A stretch of DNA of 64,000 nucleotides, taken from contig NC_068983.1 in assembly GCF_001194135.2 (NCBI RefSeq), positions 136,489,109 to 136,553,108 of the forward strand, written 5' to 3'. The stretch comes from Octopus bimaculoides. Taxonomy: Eukaryota. Positions 10,576-25,059 of this stretch are shown piece after piece; the first letter of the stretch is position 1; the number at the start of each line of letters is the position of its first letter. Both the position numbers and the translations under genes were made by a program. The notes beneath the pieces are model-generated. The model had not been told where the DNA came from and searched no databases. It was given only the letters and a program-made list of their open reading frames with translations.

Positions 10576-12294
10576 TATATATTAAAAAAAATGTTTTAAA
10601 TTCCCCTGAGTTACAGTAACAAAGTGGTTACAGAGCTAAGCAGTATTAAAAACTTTTCGACAAACCACATTACAGCAAAGAAGGTAAAAATTCTGAATAG
10701 AAATTGGTACAGAATGGAGGGGACGATTTAATCTCTCCCTGTGTGACAAATCCTTTAGTGCTGCTCATACAATAAAATGCACCCAATACATGTAAAGTAG
10801 TTGGTAGTAGGAAGAACATCCAGCTGTAGAAACTGTGTTTAAAAAATGGAATGTGTGAATGTGATGTGAAGTCTACAAGCCACATTATAGGACGTTAATA
10901 ACTTCAAAGTAACTTCAAAATATGATAGGGGGAAGTGCTCTTTAGTTCTCCTGCATAGGACAACCTCTCTAGTGTCAACAACACAATATAATGTTTCTCA
11001 TCCACACTATAAAATATAGTCAGCAACAAATTTAGCATAGTTTCTTTGTTACTGTGTTTGCCAGGTGACATGAGAAAACACTCCAAGACTCCCATAATCT
11101 TAGCTATTATGAAAAGAAACTGAATATTTTTTACGTAAAGAACCAAATAGTTTCCAAAATACTCTAACCACATGACTATCAACTGCCACAACACTAAGAA
11201 TATTTTATTACCAAACAACTTGGTTACAGTTGACTTAAGTATGAGATTGTGTTTGAGTGACAGATTTTAGAAAAGAATAAATTTCTTGTAAAATTTCAAG
11301 TAGAATGATATCTTGCGTACTCTTTTGTTCACACACGAAACTTCATTTGATGGATACAGGGTCAGCCTAGTGTAAAGAACAGAGCTTATAATCTCTTGAA
11401 ATTCCTCCTTATTAATTTTAAAATCTATTTATTCATACAATATTGTTGGATTAGAATGTTGTAGTTTATTTCCTATTTTAAAAATCAAAATGAAAAATTA
11501 TATTCCCTTTGACATTGTTATTTTTAAAAACTAAACTAGTATGAAAAAGTAAAATAGCTTGCATATCTTTCTTACTTCAGTTTTAGTAATAAAAGTATGG
11601 AAATTGCCTTATTGGTTCAATAAATGTTATATTCTAATATGAATCTATAGCTAGCAAATGTTTCCTCCATAAACTCTATTTTACTTCCTACAGTCTGTCA
11701 TCTGAAGTGCATTTTCATTTCATCTAATTAGTCAATTTGTCAGTGAACTCTGCTGGATTTTGATATTAGACAATACTGCAATGGATCCCACCTACTATTC
11801 ATTTCTATGATATTTTTACTAAAGTTATTTGTGAATTAAACTTTCTACCTCTTTTTTATCTTTTACATAAAATGTTTAATAAATCTTATGCAGCTCTCCA
11901 GTTTTCTAATTTATAAAACTAATAATAAAATCTCTATAAAACTTTGTCCTGATAATGTCTCACTCTCATGATAAGCAGATGTTTTTCATATTTTTTGTGC
12001 CTACTGATCTAACTTTTCTCACTTCTCTTTTGATTTGTAGATCAACATTAAAACATATATTGCCATAAACACTTTTACTTTTTGTATCAGTTTTCCACCC
12101 ATATTTTGGCTATTCTTTCATCATAAGCAACAAATTTATTAAGATTTTCTAAAAGTAATTTAAATACATCATAAAAGGAACAAAACTGCTTCTACTACTC
12201 ATAAACAACACAGCTCAAAAATATTACTACTTTCATTGTGTCCTCTTTCTGTTTCTTACAATGCTAGAACAACAGTCTTTGATAGCATTGTGTG

Positions 12295-12335
<41 letters not shown>

Positions 12336-13714
12336 TATATTACATTATATTATTTGTTATTTAAAATATATAAATGTACACACATTTTGATCATTTCCAT
12401 ATTACTCATTGTCATTTCCTATGCTTGCATAGATTGAATAGGTCTCACAGCATTTTGCTACCTGTTACAGTCCTTTGCCATCAGGAATACACACAGTTGC
12501 AGAGCTAATCATCAGACTTTGTTGTTATGTATGTCGGGTTTCTATCTGTTTTTATAGTTGGATGTCCTTCCTACTGTGAACTCCTTTAGACTGAGTTCAT
12601 TTTTATCAATTCACTGATACTAAAGATTGCGTACAGCAAGGCTAAAGAGCCCCCTTTTCTCATTTACATGTGTGAGTGAGTGTGTATGTGTATCTCACTG
12701 ATATGCCATTACTTGCTTTTCCTTCTTTTATCCACTTACTGCCTACAACAATCAGTACTTTCATCATAAAAATGTGATGTCTTAGGTGCATGTTGGCATG
12801 GTATGTGTCTATGCATATGTTATGTTTATGTTGCTTTCCAACCAAGAGCCCATCAAAACTACCAAAATCTGTTTGCACAGTGATTTCTTTCTAAACATCT
12901 ATAACTATGCAACAAAACTGTGTCACTTAAAGAACAGGTGACTGAAAGAACCAAAACACTTTCAGGTCAGTTGCACAAATCCAACTCACCTGATTTTATC
13001 ATCTTGTTTCATATGATTGTATAACATTAAAACCATTATAAGTTCTTTCTTTTCTAATGTTGGTTTCCTCAGAAGTATCATTTTCATTTTGCTTCAGTCA
13101 TCACTGAAAATATCTTTTGGGTACTTCTAATTGCATTCCTTCCCAAAACTTTTTTCCTTAGAACTATATTAAATAGTTTACTCTTTTATGTATATCTGCT
13201 ATTACAGAAAATAACTATCAAATTTTGACCCATAAAAGTCACGTTCTACGAGTGCATTATGTCAAGTCATACAACCATGCTAAAAATACATCACTAAAAG
13301 ATTCATTCATTCAAAAATATATCTAAGAAATCTTGTTTTATGTTCCTAAAGATATTCTAGTAGGTTGCTGAGTGCAGTTTAGATAACTTAATCCAGTTAT
13401 TCTTCAAGTTACAAAGATTATTACATTCTTTTTAAGTTTTACATCATTCTCACTAAACTCTCTTAATCATTCCCTAATCACGATACACATTCTATCCTAT
13501 GAAACTGCAGTTGTAAAACAAGTAGGGTTTTTGCATCATTCAAGAGATACTTTGAATATATATGTAAATTTACGAGTTTATGTTAGAAAAGTGTTCCATT
13601 AAAAAAATAGTTGAAAATGTCATTAAGAATAGTGTTCGGCAGTTATATGTCTGTGTTGATTTGTTTGAAGCTTAATTCCATTACTTTGCTGAGTTTCTTG
13701 TTTTTATTCTTTCA

Positions 13715-14060
13715 TTTTTTTTTACTGATTTTAATCATTGGAGTGTGGCCATGCTGGGGCCTTCAAAGATTTTAGTTGATGATATTGATCCCAGTTGTTA
13801 GGTGCTTATTTTATTAGCTGTAGAAGAAAGTAAAAGTTGACTGGGTTTAGGGAAACCAACCAAGATAGTATTTGATCAAACAAAATACTGAGTTAATTTT
13901 GCTTGAAGTACTGATTTTTATCATCCCGCAATACACGCGCGTGTGTGTGTGTATGTATGCATCCATGCATGCACACACATACATACAGAGCTTCCACTTA
14001 CCAAATTTCACTCACAAGATTTTGGTTGACTCAAGATACGTGGAAGACACTTGCTCAACT
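13715..14060 (-). mobile_element. CORE-like SINE with non-RTE tail
   Basis: Reverse complement carries TTGAGCAAGTGTCTTCCA core, GTGAGTGAAATTTGGTAAGTGGAAGC, a (GT)n middle and a CCCCAGCATGGCCACAC..TGATTAAAATCAGTAAA tail. Confidence 0.7.
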
Positions 14061-15189
14061 ACTTCATTTTTATGTTTTCAGTATTCTAATATGATACCAC
14101 ACACACATACACACTCAGATTATAATAGAACAGAACTTCTACTTCTATTCATTTGTGTCAACCTTGTCATTTTCACTTTAAAGTATGCATGAAACCTTTA
14201 AACTTTCTGCCATACTTTTGCATTTGCTATGAGTAAGGATTCTCCAAGCATTTTGCATTGAAGGCTTGAGAAAATTAGTCTTCTTAAACTGCACCAAAAT
14301 ATCAGACATAATATATCATAAAAGGAACAAAACTACTTCTACTGCTCATAAACACACAGCTAAAAAATATTGCTACATTTATTGTGTCTGCCTTCTGTTT
14401 CTTACAATACCAAAACAGCCTAATATACCAACTTTATGCCAGCCCTATTTCTTTTATTATTTCATATATATATCAAATCCTATTCTCAAATCATCCAGAC
14501 AAGCAGCTTAGCTATCTGGAATTGTTTGTGATATTAGAAAATTTTGAAAATCTGAATATAGTGTTAGTACAATTTGCAAAGAATAGGGAATTATGACAGA
14601 AACACTTATGCTATGACTTCTGATTCTGTGTTAAACCTTGTTTACCAAGGAGTATTTGTCACTCATTTGCTTCATACTATAGAAACTGATGATAAATTCT
14701 GATTTATCTTCACTGGTTTAGAGTTCATAAAGGGATTAAATTTGAAATTTTTCATTAATTAGCCGTATCTCTATAATTCATTGCATTACTCAGAAGAGCA
14801 TTGTGGCAGTTTTTAAATCTTCTTGTGCATTTTAGCAGTGTTCAGCTATTGCTCACTTTCTTCATATAGATATTGTTGCAAATCTTATCAGTTTAGAAAA
14901 ACCTCCTCATTTTATTTCTATTTTAGTATAAGGGCTGAAAGACTTGGATAAGTCTTATGTAGTAAGTTTTCTATCTGAATTACTTGCGAGCTAGCAGTTG
15001 CATTGATGTAGCTAAAACATAAGTAGTCAAGAGATTTCCATTGTGTACAGGACTAGCTGAGGAGAAAGGATTGGGTGATATTTTAATAATATGTCCAAAT
15101 GAAAGATTTTTGAAGTAGTTAAGTGAAAAATAAAGTAAAATTTGGTATAAGTCTTATATAGTCAGCAAATTCATTGGAGCAAAAGTATT

Positions 15190-15390
15190 TGCTGGTGTTG
15201 TTTAACCCAAGTTCTGATCTGGTCAAGCTGATCTATGATTAAAGACACTCCAACTACAATCTTCCTATCTTGTTTTCAGATATATCTGGACTATAATTAT
15301 CCCATAGGTTTTCATTATTTAGAAGGTAGGATCTGGCTTCAGTAAAATTTGGCTGCTATTTCCAGAAGGGTTTTTGCTAGCTTGCAGAAG
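15190..15390 (-). mobile_element. Copy of an (AAC)n-tailed interspersed repeat family (SINE-like)
   Basis: Similar to 28960-29160 and 50050-50300 (GAAATAGCAGCCAAAT, CCAGCT.GAATGTCTTTAATCATAG, TAAACAAC). Confidence 0.55.
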
Positions 15391-15753
15391 TGTTTATGGA
15401 AGGGAACATACAAAGTATCCAACTTGAAAGGATAACAGTTGTATTCCTCCTGAGCATAAAACTCTGTATACAAATTGCTTTGCAACATAATTATCTACAA
15501 AATCAGATGTTCTCACTTTGTTTTAATCTAGCTATATATCTGTATTCTGATTGTAAAAATATTTTGTCTTTTTTATGTATTTTTGATACGATGACGTACA
15601 GATATTTCTGGTTTCAGATATTCCTTTATTGTAGTGCTTTCACTTCCTCTTTTCAGCTATCATGTTATTTTTGTTTTATTTTAGAGTTAATGGACTGTTT
15701 TCTCCTCTTTTCTATCCCCTTCTAACATCACTTGGTTTGTATGTCCTTTCTTC

Positions 15754-15784
<31 letters not shown>

Positions 15785-16834
15785 ACACACATCTTTAGCT
15801 GTAATATATGTGTGTGTGCATATTCATATTTACACATGCATTTCTCTTCTTTAGTACTTTATCTGAGTCAGACAAATGTTTCAGAGATAAATCAACATTT
15901 TGGCAGGGTTACTAGTGATATTATTACTACCTGGATTTTTTTCTTCATCCTTTTATTATTTTAATTACTTATTCAACTATGTAACAAATGTTATTAAAAA
16001 ATTTTGAATCTATACATTTATATTTCCTTTGTTTTCTCACAAGATATGAGACATGACAAAAATTAAATTACTTCACACTTCAAAAAGAGAAGAGAAAAGA
16101 GAAAAAAAAAATAAAAAGAAAGTTGTTAGGTGTTAGTCTGTATTCATCTTTGTGTGCAGCATTTACAGCTGTACAAATGCATTTTTAATTCACATTGTTT
16201 CCTTACATTCAAGAATGACGACTACTACTACTACTACTACTCAATGTTTGTAATATCAATTCTTCTCAAAGTGTATGTATATATATATATATATATATAC
16301 ACACACATAATGTATACACATCATATATATAATGTATATGCACACACACACACATTTGCATCTCATCCATAACATTACAGAAACATTGTGCTTCAGAAAA
16401 TTTTGTCATAAAGTAGAATTCCATATTGTGACACCTATTCTTCCATTGGCTTCTGTGTTATAAATTGAAATGAATTTTGACAGAACTTTTCAGAAGAAAA
16501 AGATAGTAATAATAGTAATAATAACATTAATGTACATGGAAATAACAATTTTTAAGCACCCACACTACAGTATGCTTACACTAATACATTAGGGAATAAA
16601 TAAGAATGCAGTAATTTAGTTATAAGGTATGTATTCACCACCAAAGATGTTGATTCTGCATTGATAAAAAGTAGTGGTCTAACTACCTTGAGTGCATGAA
16701 TGGAAGTGAGAAAATAATGAGAGATATTGAAGAATAGGAGCTATACCAGTAGGATGAACTACTGTATAATTAAAATAGTAACAATATACAGTATATTATA
16801 CATTTTTGTTTTTCGTTGTTATGATATATGCTTT

Positions 16835-17018
16835 TCCATGCATGCTTTGATCAAGCAAAATTCATACAGACAAATTTTCTATGATCAAATACTCTTCCTC
16901 TCATCAACCTTAACTTATAGTTGAAGGTACTTGCCCAAGTCACTACACAGTAGGACTGTATCCAAAAATATGCACTTGAGAAGTGAATATCTTACTCATG
17001 CAGCCATGCCTGTGCTTA
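16835..17018 (-). mobile_element. CORE-like SINE head and core
   Basis: Reverse complement TAAGCACAGGCATGGCTGCATGAGTAAGA...GACTTGGGCAAGTACCTTC. Confidence 0.65.
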
Positions 17019-18244
17019 TATTTTATATATATTTCTGTATTCATGTATTTATACATAGTATAATATATTATATTTATACATATTATAATATATATTATAT
17101 ATATTGTGTATGTGTGTATATACACATATACACAATTCCATATATATGTATATATTTAGTGCTGGCACCATGAAAAACAACCTGTACACTCCTTAAAGTG
17201 GTTGGCATTAAGAAGGGCATCCAGCTGTAGTAACAAGGGAAGGAGTAGTTCACATGACTCTTTCTGTCTCTTCCAGATTGGTGAAAGCATTGCACAGTCC
17301 AAACTTTGCTGGTCAATGTCTACTGGGAAAACATAAGTGGAGAAGGAACAAGGGGACTTGTTAGAATATACGCAAGGATCAGATTGTGTTAGACAAAGAA
17401 AGGGGAGCATGTTAGGTGTACCACCCAAATGAAGATGCAATCATTTTACATGTATTTTAATATCACATAATCATCTTACACAATTATCATCATCAGTTTG
17501 ATACCCATTTTCTCATACCGGCATACCTGCAATACACCATCTCTCAACACTTTGTAAAGTGCAACTTTTCTCAATTTTTACATGACATGCTCTTGCTAAA
17601 TATGCTATAGTTGACTACCTTCTGATGATGCATTAGTTCCCTCATTAAGTTCACTGCTGTTCTGTTTTCCAACCTGTTGTTTTTAGCTTCAAAACTACCA
17701 GCTGAAAGGTCTTAAGTTCAAATTCAACTTAGTAGTTGTTAATGTTCAACCCTCAGTCAAACCTGATTATGCAGACTTATAATTAATTGCATTTCAGCTG
17801 CAACCATGCTTTTACTTCGACAGTTTATCAAAATTATCTCTAGTGTCTTGTTTTTCTTTGTGTTTTTTTTTTTAAGAGAGTAAAAAATGATTTTAGGGAC
17901 TTTTAACTGCTATTTGTAATAGCTTAACTAACCATGTATCATAGAAGCTGATTTCTTGTTTCAGTTGTTTTATTGCATGTTTAGATAGCATACTTTATTT
18001 TATATACCACACTTCATAAAGTTATTAGGAATAGGTACTACATCTCCTGTGAAGTTTTCCTGAAATATACCTGCACACAATACAAAGAGAGATTTCATTT
18101 GTTTATTGCCATGGAATGAGAACTTGTCACTAATCCTTTCAAAGTTTTCATGACTAAGGAGACATGTTTATATTATCTCACCTTATATATTTAGTACATT
18201 TGTTTCTGAGTGTAAATGTGCACATATTATTTTTGTTAAACATA

Positions 18245-18702
18245 AGGCAGGAAGATAGCAGGACTGTTAACTCATTGGACAAAATACTTAGCAGCATTTT
18301 TTCTAGCCTTTTACATTCTGAGTTCAAATTCTGCTAAAGTTAACTAAACCTTTCATCCTTTCAGGGTTGATATAATAAGTACTTGTTGAGCAGTGAGGTC
18401 TATGTAATCAACTTACCTCTTCCCTAAAATTGTTGATCTTGTACTGAAATTTGAAACCATTATTTCTGACAGACTTAAGCCAGCAAGCTGGTAGAATTAT
18501 TACCAAACTGGCTAAAATGCTTAGCAGAATTTTTTTGGCTTCATGTTCTGAGTTTAAATTCTGCCAAGATCAACTTTGCCCTTCATCCATTCAGGGTTGA
18601 TGAAACAAGCACCAGTTGAGCACTGTGGGGTGTGAATGAAATTGACTGGCCTCCCCGACTCCAAAATTCAGGCCTTGTACCTATAGTAGAAAGGATTATT
18701 TC
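18245..18702 (+). mobile_element. Two head-to-tail Nin-domain SINEs (about 18245-18463 and 18475-18702)
   Basis: Both have TTCTGAGTT(C/T)AAATTCTGC and CTTCATCC(T/A)TTCAGGGTTGAT. Confidence 0.8.
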
Positions 18703-19469
18703 TGTCAAACTTCTCACCAGCATTACTTTAATTTACTTTAAGTTTGGCAACTTTGTATTTGTCATCCTGTTGTAATAAATACTGTTTAACTGCATACTCT
18801 CTGTGTTTCACAATGTTTGTTGCTTGGGTAGGCCTTTCACCCATCCAAACAACGCTGTTGTAGTCTCTTAAAATAGCTAAGATATCTTTCTTTCATTTTT
18901 TCTCTCCACCACATACTTGCATGCACAGACTCATACACATAATTACATATGTGTGTGAATGTGAATATGTATATACACATTTATGTGTGTGTATGTATGA
19001 AATAATTAGTAATTATATGCTGTGGAATATATAAAATATTTGTATGATACCCTCATAAATATTTGCTGAAATATTTGCTCTCTTTGTAATCTTTATGAGT
19101 TCATTTCTTTCTGATATGTTTAATTTCCATTCTTTCTCCAGTATGAAACTTCTAGATTCACAATTGGTATTCTCTTAGACTGTTATATATTTCTTTTATC
19201 ATGGTTCTATAACGCCTTGATGTTTTATTCATTAGCTTACTGTAAAGACAGTATAGTTTCATGACAATTTCTTGTACTTTTAAACTGAGGAATTTGAATG
19301 ATTGTCATAACAGTGCTATAAATTCCTAAAGATACAAGTCCCTGGTTATTATCGAGGAAGTAGAGAAGGCAAAGTAGTATATGTATTTGTGTTGTGTATA
19401 TATTTTCTATGAATTGTAACTCTTCATTCATCATTTTTATTGGTTTTATTTAATTGTTAGTATTGTTCA

Positions 19470-20547
19470 GATTAACTACGAAGCAATATCAAAGGCAGAT
19501 TAACTACAAAGTTAGTTTTTGTATGTGGCAGATGTTCAGGTGCAATAAACACTGTAAACAAACAAGAAACAACTTCTATCTCATTCCAGGGAGAAAAACT
19601 AGAGGTAGTCGATAGCTTCTGCTATCTGGGTGACCAAGTTAGTAGTGGGGGTGGGTGCGCTGAAAGAGTAGCTGCTAGAATAAGAATAGCCTGGGCAAAG
19701 TTTAGAGAGCTCTTACCCCTGCTGGCGACAAAGGGACTCTCACTCAGAGTAAAAGGCGGACTGTATGATGCATGTGTATGAACAGCCANNNNNNNNNNNN
19801 NNNNNNNNNNNNNNNNNNNNNNNNNNNNNNNNNNNNNNNNNNNNNNNNNNNNNNNNNNNNNNNNNNNNNNNNNNNNNNNNNNNNNNNNNNNNNNNNNNNN
19901 NNNNNNNNNNNNNNNNNNNNNNNNNNNNNNNNNNNNNNNNNNNNNNNNNNNNNNNNNNNNNNNNNNNNNNNNNNNNNNNNNNNNNNNNNNNNNNNNNNNN
20001 NNNNNNNNNNNNNNNNNNNNNNNNNNNNNNNNNNNNNNNNNNNNNNNNNNNNNNNNNNNNNNNNNNNNNNNNNNNNNNNNNNNNNNNNNNNNNNNNNNNN
20101 NNNNNNNNNNNNNNNNNNNNNNNNNNNNNNNNNNNNNNNNNNNNNNNNNNNNNNNNNNNNNNNNNNNNNNNNNNNNNNNNNNNNNNNNNNNNNNNNNNNN
20201 NNNNNNNNNNNNNNNNNNNNNNNNNNNNNNNNNNNNNNNNNNNNNNNNNNNNNNNNNATCGTTGCCAGTGCCGCTGGACTGGCTCTTGTGCGGGTGGCAC
20301 ATAAAAGACACCATTTTGAGTGTGGCCGTTGCCAGTACCGCCTGACTGGCCTTCGTGCAGGTGACACGTAAAAGCACCCATTACACTCTCGGAGTGGTTG
20401 GCGTTAGGAAGGGCATCCAGCTGTAGAAACTCTGCCAAATTAGATTGGAGCTTGGTGTTGCCATCCGGTTTCACCAGTCCTCAGTCAAATCGTCCAACCC
20501 ATGCCAGCATGGAAAGCGGATGTTAAACGATGATGATGATGATGATG
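19470..20547 (+). mobile_element. 5'-truncated RTE LINE (RT C-terminal region, gap, 3' UTR, (GAT)n tail)
   Basis: QGEKLEVVDSFCYLGDQVSSGGGCAESVAARIRIAWAKFRELLPLLATKGLSLRVKG (YLG motif) before the gap at 19789-20257, with the 3' UTR and tail after it. Confidence 0.9.
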
Positions 20548-21384
20548 TATGAATGTTAGTTAAATAGTCTTGGTTGTGTTGACCAAAAGGAAGAAGTAGT
20601 TCACATCTCCTTACTGGTGCAAGACAATATAATGAATCTTTTACATTAAAAAAGCTAGACATTTTAAATACTTCCTTAGATCAAATAATGTTTTGATATT
20701 AATAAAATGTTTTCAAATCTTATAAGATTCAGTTATTGAGTTGTAAATACTCAGCAATTGTTGTGGGTTTGAAACATGTTATTAGCTTTATATTTTGAAG
20801 TTAAGTTTTTAATTACTACAGTCAAATACACTTTTTCATTCAATTCTTCTCTCATGTTAAATGATTTTTTTCCATTCAACACAATAACCTAACAAAATTC
20901 TTGTCAGTTTTAAGTTAAAGTAGTGACTACAAATCACTTACATAATTACTACAATGTTCACTATTTAATTATTATAAAAATAAAACTTCTAAAAAGTTAA
21001 TCCTTTAATGATCTAATTTAATTCATAGGCCTTACCTTTGCCTATGTAGTTTTAAAGGAGATTTTTTAAAAAATGGTCTTGTCAGAAGGAATGGACAATA
21101 TCTGTGAGTTTTGCAGGCGCTTTATGGATATGAAACCCAGGGTAATCCCATACACTAGCTTTATCTAACTTTATATATATATGTACATGTGTATGTATGT
21201 ATGTATAGATTGTCTGAAGTAGCGTACAGTTTTTGTATATTAAAAATAAAGGAGATAGAGTCAGGATTTGGATAAAAACTATTTATTTAGTGCTTTTGTC
21301 CCTTTCATGGATTCATCATGATAAATCCCTGAAAGGGATGAAAGCACTAAATAGATTTTATCCAAATCCAAACTATCTCTTTCT

Positions 21385-21477
<93 letters not shown>

Positions 21478-21668
21478 CATACATATATATACGTAAATGT
21501 CGAATGACAAGAATGAGTACTCAACACCACAATGGTGGATTTAATTTATTTATTTGTGTATTAAGGCTGTTATTGGTTTCATGTTAGGAAAAATATCTTA
21601 ATATCATAACAATTTTTCAAACCAAACACATGGAGGTAAGGTGTTCATCTCCATTTTGGGGAATGTTT

Positions 21669-21918
21669 GTGCATGGGGTTATTGCACTTGCAGTCAGTTT
21701 CACCCAGGTTCATGCCTGTGGTTTTCATGCTCACCATGGCATCCTCCTACTCAGCTGGGTATTGGAAAGTCACCTTGCTGGCAATTGGATAGCCTAAAAT
21801 TTTAAGTCCAAAATGGAGACAAACACCATTCCTCCATGTGATCAACTTGAAAAATTTTTAAGATATTAAGATATTTTTCTTAACATGAGACCAATGGTAA
21901 CTGTAATACTCAAATAAA

Positions 21919-21964
<46 letters not shown>

Positions 21965-22620
21965 GATGATGATGATGACTGTCCACTTAACCAAAAAAGA
22001 CTATCACTGACCATTACCCATGCAAAATATCAGGGATGCCTGTGCATGAGGTTATTGCACCTGCAGTCAGTTTCACCCATATTCAATGCCTATGGTTTCT
22101 ATGCTCACGACGGTGCCCTCCTACTCAGTTGGGTATTGGAAAGTCACCTTGCTGGCAATTGGATAGCCTAAAATTTTAGGTCTAATAAGGCTTGCACAGC
22201 ATGATCCAGAGACAAGCCAGGACAAGATATTCAGTGCCAATCTGGGTTGCAGGTTCAGGAATGGGGAGGAGCCATGATCTCAAGTGCAAGCAAAAGATCC
22301 CCAAAATGTTTAATGCCACATCCTGCTTATTCTGGTTTTATATCTGAGTGACCTTCTCCTAGAGACATGCTTTAACAAAAGCTGAAGGGTGCCACATTCC
22401 CAGTGGTCTTCCAGCACTACAAACCTGGAATTTCTGAAGGCCCATACTATTGCTAGATGATCATTGAGCCTACATGAAGTTCATCCATCCTTTTGACAAG
22501 GCTTGTCTTTAGCCCTGCGGGATTTCTAGCAACCCTCCTCACCAGGTAAACCTAGTGGGAGTGCTGGTTTAGTCGCCAGCAACCTGATCATGCAACAGAT
22601 TGTACTGAATTCCATATTAC
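21669..22620. repeat. Unclassified (probably LINE-derived) segment with a local ~140-bp direct duplication (21669-21809 / 22042-22182)
   Basis: GTGCATG(G/A)GGTTATTGCAC(T/C)TGCAGTCAGTTTCACCCA...GGAAAGTCACCTTGCTGGCAATTGGATAGCCTAAAATTTTA occurs twice. Confidence 0.6.
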
Positions 22621-22664
22621 CAGTAGCACTCATAAGTGACCTCACAAGTGACATGACATGTGTG

Positions 22665-22699
<35 letters not shown>

Positions 22700-22705
22700 A
22701 ATACA

Positions 22706-23225
22706 CACAAGGTGCATTCCAGAAGTTTTAGGCTTTTTCAAAAGACACATTTATTAACTTCAAAGAAGTACAAAACTGTATTCACCTTCAATGTAAGATC
22801 CTTTGACTTCAATGCACTTGTAGTGTTTCATCCACTTTGTGAAGACCCCCATGGAAGTCCTCCATTGTGAAGGTGTCCAGGCCCCTTGTCACAGCCTCCT
22901 TCATCTTCTTCTTCAGCTTGAGGAACAACCAAAAGTAACAGGAAGCAAGATCTGGAATGTAGGGAGAGTGAGGGACAGTTTTGATGCCCATCTGTGTCAA
23001 GTAGTTGGTTACCACAGATAGAATTGTGGACTGATACATTGTCCCGGTGCAGGTGTCATGGCTTTTTGCTATAAAATCTCTTCCTAAACTCCCTCAAAAC
23101 CTCCACAAAGTACTCTTTGTTAACTGTCTGGTCAGAGAGAAATTAGTGAATATAGATCATACCCTTGCTGTTAAAAAAAGAAATCATCATGGGCTTCCTG
23201 GTGGACTTGCTTTGCTTAGTGTCTT
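22706..23225 (-). mobile_element. Mariner element 3' fragment with TIR-like end
   Basis: HSPYIPDLASCYFWLFLKLK (YSPDLAPSDFWLF motif) and upstream MISFFNSKGMIY..DQTVNKEYFVEVLREFRKR. TA followed by CACAAGGTGCATTCCAGAAGTT at the left end. Confidence 0.85.
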
Positions 23226-23881
23226 GTGTCACTGAAAAAATACAAATGCTTGGAGCATTTTCTGAGTTACTGTAGCACTTTTGCCCTGTTTGAGAAGACT
23301 TTATAGCATAGTGAGCTTCCAAATTGACTTTACATCCTAACTACATTCTACAAACTAGTCAGCTGTGACAACCAGTATTTAGTAGGTTGTGTTGAAAGTA
23401 CTGTTCCAGCTGTCTCCTTCAATCTGGAATAACAAAAAGTTGACAGGTCAGCTTATTAACTGTATAGTAATGATATACTAAAATTACAATAATGTGGGAC
23501 AGTTATATCTACCTCTCCTAAAAAAAGTCTCAAAACTTCTGGAATGACTGCATGTATGTGTCTGCTTGTTTGCATGTGTGTGTGCATGCACACACTATTT
23601 TCTTCTAGATTTTAATAACAGTTTTGCTTAAGTATATCTGTCTCTAAAACATGACAATAAAAATATTATCTTCATATAAAAATTAATTAGGTATATTTTG
23701 GATATAGTCATCAAGATGATTAGCAGTAGAAGTAGTAGATATCAGTAACAACTACTCTCATCACCATTGTCATCATTTTTCTGCCATTTTCTTTCACTCC
23801 TAGCATGACCAAGACAGTGGGGTGTTGGCCTCTTTGTTGAAGAGGTCTGAATCTCTTTCTCAACACTCATACTGTTCTGTA

Positions 23882-24528
23882 CAGACTGTCCTCATTTAAC
23901 GACCAAGTTATGTTCCAACAGCCCCGTCATTAAGTAAATTCGTCGTTAAACGAATATTCATAGGGTGTGTATTTTTTTTAGACAGAATACTGTATTGTAT
24001 AAAGTATATGCAGTACAGGGTCAAGAATCACTAACATAAATTGTTGAAAAATGAATAAGTAACAGTAAGATTATCACAAGGAAAACCTTAAAAGTAAGGA
24101 TATGGATACTGTATTATTGTAGCTCAGACATCGTAAGTATGTTTGTGATCCCAGGCCCAGTACATAAGATGCCTGATAAACTTTTCTCAGGATTATATTT
24201 GGAAAGGTGAAAAGGTTTAAAGGAAACTCAAACATAATAAATATGTTTTACTTTGGATAAAGATTACAAAAGCAACTCATTCTCGACATCAAAATGCATG
24301 AAAAATCCCGTCAGTGTTGTTTGCTTTGTATCTTCTTTTTTTCATCATAAATTTCTCAATAACATCGGAAAAGTTCAGTTGTCTGCCTTCCCACCTTGGA
24401 AAATCGCTCAAAATTTGGATCCATCACCTTAAGTTCTATTTTGTAAAATATGTAATGACGGCTCGTAAAGTTCATTGTAACTCTTGAGTGGTCGTTAAAT
24501 AGGTAGGTCATTAAATGAGGACAGTCTG
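23882..24528 (-). mobile_element. Non-autonomous Tigger/pogo-type DNA transposon, TA TSD
   Basis: 23-bp TIRs CAGACTGTCCTCATTTAA(C/T)GACC with 1 mismatch, flanked by TA at 23880-81 and 24529-30. Internal minus-strand DPNFERFSKVGRQ...EIYDEKKKIQSKQTTL (frameshifted) resembles Tigger transposase C-termini. Confidence 0.9.
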
Positions 24529-25059
24529 TACTTCACACAAAGTATTGGAACATTTTAATTTATCAAGTTAATAAATGGCCTAATTGTTGAAGTGTCAATT
24601 TATAAATTAATAATAGTAGTCACTAGAATAGATAAGCATAAATTGGAATCAGATTTGAAATTAATAGAAGAGACAGATGTTATATCATTGGATGACGTAA
24701 ACTAACGTTTCAAGAAATGAAGCTTTTCTCTCAAAAAGTGATTTGTTCGACTAAAGGTGGTGCTCCAGCATGGCTGCAATCAAATGACTGAAACAAATAA
24801 AAGAATATATATTTGTTTGCCTCATCCATATATCTGAATGCCCTCATAGTGGCAGTTTTCAGTGTAGCTTGTCCTAAATGATAGTCCATATCCTAAAGTC
24901 ACAGATTCCAATCTGATATGCTAGAAAGCTACTGTCCTTTGGGAACAACAATGGAAGTTTCCCCTTCAAATAAACCTGCTCATATTTAGAACTGTGTGCT
25001 AGTGCAGAGTCTTCAATGAATATAATTTCACTCAGATAATAATGTTAATTGAGAAATTT

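Noticed and set aside
10904-11218. 104-aa minus-strand ORF
   Set aside because: No domain motif or splice signals; expected by chance in AT-rich DNA.
16698-16712. GAATGGAA|GTGAG as the end of the upstream Cav1 exon (EWK)
   Set aside because: An in-frame TGA lies three codons before the GAA (Glu) codon, and there is no NP.RK motif.
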